From Candidatus Woesearchaeota archaeon (GTDB lineage Archaea > Nanobdellota > Nanobdellia > Woesearchaeales > JABGUJ01), in contig JABGUJ010000002.1 of the NCBI GenBank assembly GCA_018646625.1, positions 474,843 to 504,279 of the forward strand: a stretch of 29,437 nt of DNA, in the 5' to 3' direction. This document shows, piece after piece, positions 15,351 through 26,100 of this stretch. Within the stretch, counting starts at the first letter, position 1. Each line of letters begins with the position of its first letter. A program made the position numbers and the translations under genes. The notes beneath the pieces are model-generated. The model worked only from the letters and a program-made list of their open reading frames with translations. It searched no databases and was not told the DNA's origin.

Positions 15351-17096
15351 CTATTGTAGTAGCCAACCAAACGCTGATGCGAATGCTTGGTTCACATATT
15401 CTAGTATATCCGATACGTAAGTATCTTGGTTTAATACTGTTAAAGTATTTTGTTCCGATGTAGATGGATCGTTAATAGTCATGTTTGTTAAGTTAAATTC
15501 CCATTCTGTTACTATTTGTCCGTTTTTCGATATTATTTGCTCTGTCGAACCGTTGAAGACTTCAAAGTATAAGCTGTAATTTCCTACCGCGTCGCTCACG
15601 TTAAGATATTCATAAGGTGCAGTGAACAGTTTGTTTCCTGTAGGAATCAGAGTGAATTCCACATATCCTGAAGAGTTTGTTGTAGATTGTCCACCAGTAA
15701 AAGATGAAGTTGCAGTACCTTCAGTTTCTGCAGTTTGCATTGGTGTGAAGATAGTTAATCCATTAACTTCTGTTACCTTCACAATTAAACCAGATCTTGT
15801 TGCGCCGTCAGTATCGTTTAAGTAGATTGAAATGTTGTAGGGTCGTCCTGCTCGATTGAAAACATCTGTTTCTGTGCCGTCAATTAAAACATAGGGTGTA
15901 ATGATTTTGCTAATTGTTACACTTGGACCTGCGTCTTGGTTGTTTCCGCCGTCACAGTCTGCAATCGCACCTATGCTTAAGTTGGCAGCAGTTGCTAACG
16001 CACCAGAGCTATAACCAGTTGTATCCACGTCATAGTATACACTTCCAGTTTCTCCTACAGTTAATCCTCCTGAGACTGTAGTGGTATTGACTAGTCCTGC
16101 GTCGAAGTAGAACTCCATGTCGAAATCACTAGTTACAGCAACATTTCCAGAGTTTTCATAGTTTACAGTTATTCTTACTTGCTGTCCTGCAGAAATTGCT
16201 GTTGTGTTAACAGTTACACTCGTTATTTCTAGTTCCGGACCAATACACATTGTTAGATCGTAACCATTAATGTCTAAGTATCTAGTGTAAGTTGTTGATT
16301 CACTCGGTGAAGCAACTCCTACATAAAGGGATAATGGAAAAACAGAAGAGTAGTTGGCAAATGCTCCCGAATTGCAAGCTTGTCCACGAGTAGAGTTACA
16401 TACAGCTATGATCAAACTTCTATCCGAATTTACTCCAAAGCTAGAGTCGTTAGCAAGTTTTGTAAATGATCCGGATTGTGTTGTAAAAGTAATTGTTGGT
16501 GCGATAATTGTAACGTTCTTCGTTGTTTCGTTGAAATATGAATCTAAGCTAGATATTGCATATGAGCCTAGCAAAGATCCGTTCGCTTCAGGAATTGCAT
16601 AGTAGCTAGCATTCGTTTGACCATCTGCACTATCGGCGTAAAGTACGTAAGGTAATCCAGGAAATGCAGCTACATAAACTTCGGGGTCTCTCGACGATAA
16701 ATGTGAAGGACTAACTTGAAAGTTACCTACAGGTGTAGTTTTGTAACAGTCTCCGGCGCTTGCAACAGTATCTTCTAATGCATTAGGTGCGTCATTACCA
16801 TAGCTTACAGCTATGTCATATCCAGCCATTGTCCCACTAATATTTGCAACAAATACCAATGCGACATACTTTTGTCCAACACCGCAGAGTTCAATACCAA
16901 TATCGGAGTTAGGGGACTGTGCGTCTTTGTAAAAGTAGGAAGTGCTGCCAGAGGTTCCTGTGTAATACAGACTAGTAATTGTATCTGAAGAGGTCTTTAA
17001 ACTTGCAGAGATAGCTAACGCTAGTGTCGACGTCAGTAAAGCAAATATCACCAAGAGTGCTAATATTAAAACGCATCTTTTGGTTTTATTTATCAT
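15351..17096 (-). CDS. Secreted 581-aa protein with a central CARDB (Ig-like) domain; putative adaptor
   Basis: Signal peptide MINKTKRCVLILALLVIFALLTSTLALA; CARDB-like PELEITSV...AGQQVRITVNYENSGN...GLTVGETGSV...NNQ; GGAGGT RBS at 17105-17110; no TM anchor. Confidence 0.9.
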   Translation of the reverse strand: MINKTKRCVLILALLVIFALLTSTLALAISASLKTSSDTITSLYYTGTSGSTSYFYKDAQSPNSDIGIELCGVGQKYVALVFVANISGTMAGYDIAVSYGNDAPNALEDTVASAGDCYKTTPVGNFQVSPSHLSSRDPEVYVAAFPGLPYVLYADSADGQTNASYYAIPEANGSLLGSYAISSLDSYFNETTKNVTIIAPTITFTTQSGSFTKLANDSSFGVNSDRSLIIAVCNSTRGQACNSGAFANYSSVFPLSLYVGVASPSESTTYTRYLDINGYDLTMCIGPELEITSVTVNTTAISAGQQVRITVNYENSGNVAVTSDFDMEFYFDAGLVNTTTVSGGLTVGETGSVYYDVDTTGYSSGALATAANLSIGAIADCDGGNNQDAGPSVTISKIITPYVLIDGTETDVFNRAGRPYNISIYLNDTDGATRSGLIVKVTEVNGLTIFTPMQTAETEGTATSSFTGGQSTTNSSGYVEFTLIPTGNKLFTAPYEYLNVSDAVGNYSLYFEVFNGSTEQIISKNGQIVTEWEFNLTNMTINDPSTSEQNTLTVLNQDTYVSDILEYVNQAFASAFGWLLQ

Positions 17097-17109
17097 TCTT
17101 TTTTACCTC

Positions 17110-20100
17110 CTAGTTTAATGCCTCATAAAGATGATTTACAACAGAGTTTAGACTGTTTACAATCACTTTTAGTTCATCGCTAGCATAAGAACTTCCAGAT
17201 CTAGGTTCTAAACTTTGGTTTACAGTTAAGTTTATTTCTGTAACTACATCATCTGTTGAGTTGTAAATTGTTAAAGTAATGTTAGAATCTATTCCTCCAT
17301 ATTCTGTTGGAGTAATAATGAATTGTTCTGTTGTGTTTATTTCTTCGTACTCATGAGTATGATTTTTCGCGCCAATATTAGGCGGATTATTTGTAGGATT
17401 AAACATTAAGTAACCACCAACCTCTTTTATTGTGACATAGCCATCTATTGGAGTTCCGTTCGTAGCCTTCAAAGTTACGTTAATGACGTTTGGAGCCCCT
17501 GTCTGTATGGTTTGTACACCCTCGTATGTACCATTTGAGTACACAGTCATATTTAAAAGTATGGCTTGTTCTAGCGTGTTTGTCCATATAAACAAGCTAT
17601 CAGCTATTGAGGCCAAAGAGTTTACTGTTGTCTTTGAATTATCTGCTAAATTTGAGGGTGTTAAGTACTTGTCAGTGAATACAAGACTTGCATTGTTTGT
17701 TATTGTGAAAGATTCATTTGCTTCTATGTTACCATCCACTATTAGTTCTACTTCAAGTGCGTAGTTTTCTATTGTAGGATAATGTGTTGGAGCAATGATG
17801 AAAGTTGCATTTCCATTTTCATCTGTTAGTGTTTCAGTTAATGCTAAACTTGTTTGTGCTGCGAAGATGTTGTTACCGTAAAGTTCTACTAATGCAACAG
17901 TTGCGTTTTCAACCGCCACTTGATTGTTCTCTACATGTATTGTTACTTCGTATGGGTGAGCTGTTTGGTTGAATGTTGTTGATTCTACTCCGTCTATTGT
18001 TACGTTTAATGTGTAGTTTTCGGATTCAGGATGTGCACTACAATTCTTACCACCGTCAGTAATACTCCAATTGTAAAAATCAATTAGAGTATCGTTTCTT
18101 GCAGATTCTCCATTGCAGTATTGTGAATCGCCTCCGTGGAAACTTAAATTGTAGTTAAGTGATCCTAATGACGCCCAGCCAGTGAGTAAACTGTCATAGT
18201 TTAATGTTGATAGTTCTGAGAGTTGAAACATGTTAGCTAAGTCTGTTGTGTTTGAAACATTCCAAGTACCAATATCTTGATCAAATTGGCAATTGGCGAA
18301 CATCCAACGCATATCTATTACAGAAGAAACGTCCCAATCACCTATATCTTGATTAAAAAGCGAACTTTGAAACATACCAGTCATGTAAGTAGCAGATGAG
18401 ACATTCCAATTATTCAAACTTTGGTTGAAAGAGTCTACAAGACTAAACATGCTACTCATATCAGTAACACTTGATACATCCCAATCATTGATATTTTGGT
18501 TGAAAGAATCTGCATTGTAAAACATAGCCCTCATAGTTGTAACGCTCGATACATTCCAGGCACTAATGTTTTGATTGAAGTCACTGGCTTCAGTAAACAT
18601 ATTATCCATACCTGTAACGCTTGATACATCCCAGTTATTAAGGCTTTGATTGAAAGAATTCGCGAACCAAAACATTCCGTTCATACTAGTTACGGTACTA
18701 ACATTCCAATTATTTAGACTTTGATTGAAAGAATTCGCATTGTAAAACATAGCTTCCAGATTTGTAACGCCTGAAATATCCCATGTATTTATATTCTGGT
18801 TAAAAGATTGGGCATTATAAAATAGTTTGTTAATATTAATAATACTAGAGAGGTTCCAGTCACCTATATCTTGGTTGAAGGCACTAGCACCCAACATATA
18901 TCTCATATCTGTTACATTCGATACATCCCAGTTACCAATATCTTGGTCGAAATCATTGGCGTTAGAAAACATCGCAAACATATCTGTGACTGCAGAGACA
19001 TTCCACCCGCTAATATCTTGATTAAATGTTGACCACGCAAACATATATCTCATATCTGTAACATTTCTAGAAATATCATCAAAGAAATCTTCCGCAGTAA
19101 AGTTCACTACTGTTGTTTCTCTAAACATGTTTTCAGCACTTGTTATTCCAGTCACACCATCTGAAATTGGAGTTAAGATATCTATAAGTAAATCTGCTGA
19201 TCCTTCGTAGAAAGAAATTCTAGTTGCTGATCCGTTTAATGATATGTTATAGATGCCCGCAGTTGTATAATTATGTGTTAATAATACAGTTCCGTTGTAA
19301 TATGTAGTGTTCCCATCTCCCCAATTTACAGTTAAGTTGGAATTATCTACTTGGAATGAGAAGTTTTGGGGTGAAGCAGTTGTGTTTATTTGGAAGATAA
19401 AGTAATTTGATTCTTCAGGAGTGCTACAATTTTTACCACCATCAGTAATTGTCCAATTGTATACATCAATTAAAGTATCGTTTCTTGCTGATTCTCCATC
19501 GCAGTATTGTGAATTGCCTCCATGGAAACTTAAGTTGTAGTTAAGTGATCCTAATGACGCCCAGCCGGTGAGTAAACTGTCATAGTTTAATGTTGATAGT
19601 TCTGAGCTTTGGAACATACTGGTGAAGTCAGTCACGCCAGAAACGTTCCAATCACTTAAGTTCTGATCAAATGGTGTGCCTCGGAACATACCCCTCATAC
19701 TTGTGGCAGAGGAAACATCCCATGATCCTATATCTTGATTGAAGTCCGAGTAATAAAACATTTGCTCCATATCGGTTACGCCAGAAACGTCCCAGCTGCT
19801 AAGGTTTTGATTAAAATCACTAGCCTGGGTGAACATAAAACTCATATTCTCCACAGAAGAAACATTCCAGGCACTAATGTCTTGGTTAAAATCTGAGCTC
19901 ATAAACATACGATTCATGTCTGACACATTTGAGACATTCCAATTCGCGATACTTTGATTGAATGAGGAAGAAGAGAACATAAGAGACATATCTGTAACAG
20001 TGGAAACGTCCCATTCGCTGATGTTTTGATTGAATAAAGAACTTTGGAACATACTGCTCATGTCTGTTACAGAAGAAACATCCCAATTACTAATGTTCTT

Positions 20101-23100
20101 GTTGAAATTTGAACTATAGAACATACCCAACATATCAATAACACTAGAAACATTCCAAGCACTAATATTCTGGTCAAAGACAGAATCATAAAACATATAG
20201 CTCATATAAAGAACACCGGAGACATTCCAAGCACTAATATTCTGATTGAAATTGGATGCACCAAACATCCAATTCATATTAGCAACACTAGACACATCCC
20301 AGTTACCAATGTTTTGGTTGAATGGAGAGAGAGAGAACATTGCGTTCATGTCTACAACACTAGAAACATTCCAATTGCCGATATCTTGATTAAATGGAGA
20401 ATTAGAGAACATCCCAGCCATATTACCAACATTAGAAACATTCCAAGTGTTCAGGCTTTGGTTAAATTGAGAGTTAAAAAACATAGATTGCATATATGTA
20501 ACACTAGAAACATCCCAACCACTAATGTTCTGGTTGAAATTTGAACTATAGAACATAGAGTTCATATTTGTGACATCTCCAGAGACATCATCAAAGAAAT
20601 TTTCTGATGTAAATGAACTCACCAACGTATCCCTAAACATGTTTTCTGCATTAATTATTCCTGTGATGCCATTTGAGATTGGAGTTAGAATATCTATTAA
20701 CAATTCAGGCGTTCCTTCATAGAAAGATATTCTTGATGCGGTTCCGTTAAGGGAGAGATTGTAGACATTTTCTGTCGCGTATTCGTGCTTGAATGTTCCT
20801 GTTCCCGTATAAGTATTGTTTGTTCCATCACCCCAGTCAATAAATAAACTGACTGCATCATCTACTTGGAATGAAAAGTTTTGGGGTGAGGCTGTTGTGT
20901 TGATTTGGAAAGTAAAGAAAGATGGTTCTTCTGGAATGGTACAGTTTTTGCCACCATCAGTAATTGTCCAGTTGTAAATATCAATTAAAGTATCGTTTCT
21001 TGCTGTTTCTCCTGCACAATATTGTGAGTTACCTCCGTGGAAACTTAAGTTGTAATTCAGCGCTAATGATGCCCAACCAGTTAGTAGAGAATCGTAGTTA
21101 GTGGTAGATAGTTCTGCGGTTAGAAGAAAATTAGTAAAATCTGTTACAGAAGAAACATTCCAATCACTTAAGTTCTGATCGAATGGTGTTCCTTCAAACA
21201 TACGACTCATATCTGTTACAGAAGAAACATTCCAGGAACTAATGTTTTGATTAAAATTCGAGTAACTAAACATACTACTCATATCAGTAACATTAGAGAC
21301 ATCCCAATTGTTTATTGATTGATTAAATTCAGTTCCCCAGAGCATATTGCTCATATCAGTAACACTAGAAACATTCCATGTACTTATGTTATTGTTAAAA
21401 GCATCAGCATCTTTAAACATCTGCTGCATATCCACGACAGAGGAAACATCCCAACTATCAAGATCTTGATTAAAACTAATTGCATAAGAAAACATCCCAT
21501 CCATTTGAGTAACGTTAGAAACATCCCAGTTACCTATTGATTGATTAAAGGAATCAGCACTAAAAAACATAAATCGCATATCGGTTACGTTAGAAACATT
21601 CCATGTGCTTATGTTTTCATTAAAGGAGTCCGCGTTACGGAACATATTACTCATCGTTATAACTCTAGAAACGTCCCACCCACTAAGATCCTGATTGAAA
21701 TCAACTGCATCACGAAACATGTAAAGCATAGTAGTAACATTAGAAACATCCCACCCATTTAGAGATTGATTGAATGGTGTATACGCAAACATTATACTCG
21801 TGTCTGTAACATTAGAAACATCCCAGTCGCTAATGTTTTGATTGAATTGTGAAGTGTAAAACATGTAACGCATGTCTGTGACATTTTGTGAAGTGATGTC
21901 AAAGAAGTCTGTTGCTGTAAAATTTGTTATGTTTGTAAATGCAAACATTTCGCTTGCACTGGTTATACCAGTAACTCCATCTGAGACGGGAGTTAGGATA
22001 TCTTTCAATAATTCAGGCGTGGCTTCTTGTGAATAGATATCGTAATATTTTGAGAATGCAATTCTACTTGCGGTTCCGTTTACTGAAATATTGTAGATAC
22101 CTGCAGTTGCAAATGTGTGATTTAATAATACAGTTCCATTGTAGTTTGTAGTATTTCCATCCCCCCAATTCACAGTCAAGTTTGCATCATCTACTTGGAA
22201 TGAGAAGTTTTGGGGTGAAGCTGTTGTGTTTATTTGGAAAATGAAAAGATCATTTTCTTCGCTTGCAAGGCTGTAGTTTGAGAATTGACTTACATTAAAC
22301 TGATAATTGTTCGAACCTAAATCTACTACCGCAGAGCAGACTCCACCGCAGTCTTGCCCATTTCTCTGCACTGTTGGCGATGTCAGTCCTGAAACAGATT
22401 TAAGAGTTATAGTTGCAGTATTGTTTAGTTCAAGATTGTTTGTGCTTGTCACTAGTCCTGCTAAGTTGTATTCTAAGAAGACTAATGAATTGATTTCTAA
22501 ATCTGTGGCGGTTGTTAAGTTACTAAGAGTCCAAGATATTTCTGCATGAGTGCTGTTGTAGATTAATGTGTTGTTTCCAGTTGAAACGTCGTATAATGTG
22601 AATGCCCCGATTGCTGACAGGTTATTATTTATGAAAGTATTATCAACGGCACTATTTGACTGAATGTCAATAGCTTTAGAACCTGCGTTGGTAGCTATTA
22701 GTGTATTGTTATCGAACGTACAATTAGTAACGGTCCCGAAATTTTCTAAGGAAATAGGGTCTGAAAGCGTTCCCGAAGTAGTGACAGTGTTATCTTCTAC
22801 AGTAAGTAAATTACAATTATTAATACAACTAAACTCCAACCCATTTGCATTATCTAGTTGCGTCGTCACAGCATTATTTGATATTGTGGTATTTGTTGCA
22901 CCATATATTAAAATTCCTGAAGATACAGTCTCTTCTACGGAAATTGTGTTCTGATGCACTAAGGAATGATTTACATAAGCTAAAGTGAGGGCGTATGCTG
23001 TCCAAAAAGATGTTGTTATGTTATTCTGAGTTATATTGAAATAATTTCCAGAGAGCGCTAGCCCATACGCGCCACTCACAATTGAGATTGTGTTATTATA

Positions 23101-26100
23101 GAAAGTGTTGTGGTCAGCATCTAGAGCATAGATCCCTATATTAATTGCTGCGCCAGGACCATTGGCTTCAGTTATAATACAATTCATTATTGAAACATTG
23201 TTATGACCAAAGGAATTGTTAATACCATATCCGAGGCTTGTTGTTGTTGAGAAATTTAATGTCGATCCATTACAGTCTAGAGTTAAATCCGAGTTATTTA
23301 TTACTATTACTGTTGAGTCTCTATGATAAACGTCTTGGCAAAGAGTTATTGAGTCATTAATATAATAACCAATCGTGGTGTTTACAACTTTATCTTGATA
23401 GGTTGTAGGATCAGATAAGTTAACACAGGAACTGGACTGCGGCGGCAAACTACAATTCTTACCTGCATCCGTAATGCTCCAGTTATACACACCAATCAAA
23501 GTATCGTTTCTATCGGATTCCCCTGTGCAATATTGTGATGTTCCTGCGTGGAAGCTTAGGTTGTAATTTAAAGAGCCTAATGACGCCCAACCTGTTAGTA
23601 ATGCATCATAATTGGATGTTGATAATTGTGCATCAGCAAACATATTGGTAAAGGTTGTAACAGTGGAAACATTCCAGGAGCTAATGTTTTGATCGAATGG
23701 TGCTCCCTCAAACATCCCGCCCATGTTAGTTACAGAAGATACATCCCAAAGACTTAGATCTTGATTGAAAGGAGCATCATAGAACATTTGATACATGTTA
23801 GTAACATTAGATACACTCCATGTACTGATGTTTTGATTAAAATCGGAGCCACTAAACATATAACTCATGTCTGTTACAGAAGAGACGTTCCAATTACCAA
23901 TGCTTTGATTAAACGAGGACTCCCGAAACATCCAACTCATATATATAACACTAGATACATCCCAATTACTAATGTCTTGATTGAATTGAGAATTTAATTT
24001 AGTAGAGTGAAACATTTCACCCATATGCTGAACGGAAGAAACATTCCAAGCGCTAATGTTTTGATTAAATTTAGAGTAAGCAAACATAGACTGCATGGTC
24101 GTAACATTAGAAACGTCCCAAGAGTTTAAGCTTTGATTAAATAAAGAGCTATAGAACATATGACTCATATCAGTTACACTAGAAACATCCCAACCACTTA
24201 TATTCCGATCAAATTCAGACATAAAAAACATGCTACTCATGTCAGTTACACTAGAAACATTCCAGTTACTGATGTCTTGATTGAAATAGGACCAGGTCCT
24301 ATAGAACATAGAACTCATTGTTTCTACACTTGAAACATCCCAATTACTTATATTTTGATCAAATTGAGATAAGTAGAACATTGCACTCATGTCTGTAACA
24401 TTAGATACATCCCAAGAGTTTAAGCTTTGATTGAATGGGGAATTAGAAAACATTCCACCCATGTTGGTTACACTAGAAACATTCCAGGCACTAATGTCTT
24501 GGTTGAACGGAGAGTAAGCAAACATACCCTGCATGGTTGTAACATTAGAAACGTCCCAATCACTCATGTTATGATCAAATGGAGAAGAAACAAACATATA
24601 ACTCATGTCAGTTATATTACTTAATATGTCATCAAAGAAAGTATCACTAGTAAAATTTGTTACGTTGGTATTAGCAAACATATAGCTTGCACTGGTCAAC
24701 CCACTCACACCGTCCGAGAGCGGAGTCAGAATATCAACCAGAAGTCCGGGAGTTGGATCATTATCATCTTCATCCCATTCATCATCATATGCTATTCTAC
24801 TTGCAGTTCCATTTACCGAAATGTTATAAATATCTGCAGTTGCATACTCGTGTGTTAATAATACGGTTCCGCGGTAATCTGTAGTGTTTCCATCTCCCCA
24901 ATTTACAGTCAAGTTTGCATCATCTACTTGGAATGAAAAGTTTTGAGGTGAAGCTGTTGTGTTTATTTGGAAAATGAAGTAGGTTTGTTCTTCTTGTCCG
25001 CTACAATTCTTACCACCATCCGTAATGCTCCAGTTGTACATGTCAATCAAAGTATTGTTTCTATCGGATTCCCCCGTGCAATATTGTGATGTTCCCCCAT
25101 GGAAACTCAAATTGTAGTTAAGAGAAGGCAGAGATGCCCAACCTGTTAGTAAAGCGTCATAATTTTCCGTTGATAATTCTGCAAACTCAAACATGTCTGT
25201 AAAGTTAGTTACTAAAGAAACATTCCAGCCACTAATATTTTGATCGAAAGGTGTTGATCCTAACATAGCAGTCATTGTTGTTACGTTGGAAACATCCCAA
25301 GCACCGATATCTTGGTTAAAATCAGAGTATCTGAACATGTAACTCATGTCTTGAACAGAAGATACATCCCAGCCACTAATATTTTGATTGAAGTCTGAAT
25401 TAAAGAACATTTGTTTCATATCTGTAACTGAAGATACATTCCAGTCACTAATAGATTGATTGAATGGGGTTCCATAGAACATAATCTCCATATCTTCTAC
25501 TTTAGAAACATCCCAGTTAGCAATACTCCAATTAAAAGGAGTACTGTAAAACATACCCCTCATATCTGTAACGTTCGATACATCCCAAGCACTAATGTTT
25601 TGATTAAATGGCGCACTAGTAAACATGCCAGACATACTAATAACATTTGAAACATTCCAAGCACCAAGATCTTGATTGAAATCAGAATCTTTAAACAGGT
25701 AACTCATGTATATGACATTAGAAACATCCCAGGCACTAATATTCTGATTAAAATCCGAATAACCAAAAGTATATTGCATAGTCGTAACATTAGAAACGTC
25801 CCAGTTAGCAATACTCTGGTTGAAAGGAGCATTGTAAAACATGAAATTCATATTAGTGACAGCAGAGACATCCCAGGAACTAATATTGTTGTTGAACAAT
25901 AATGTATCACGAAACATTGCTTGCATATCTAAGACATTAGAAACATTCCAAGCACCAAGATCTTGATTGAAATCTTCCGCACCAGAAAACAATCCATCCA
26001 TTTGAGTGACACTAGATACATCCCAATTACTAATTGATTGATTAAAAGTGTCGACATCCCAGAACATGTATCGCATATCAGTAACAGAAGAAACGTCCCA

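Noticed and set aside
1225..16602. Short overlapping ORFs (1225-1497, 1792-2043, 3640-4020, 5509-5926, 6500-6691, 8184-16602 set)
   Set aside because: All lie within or across well-supported genes on the opposite strand or an alternate frame and show no protein motifs
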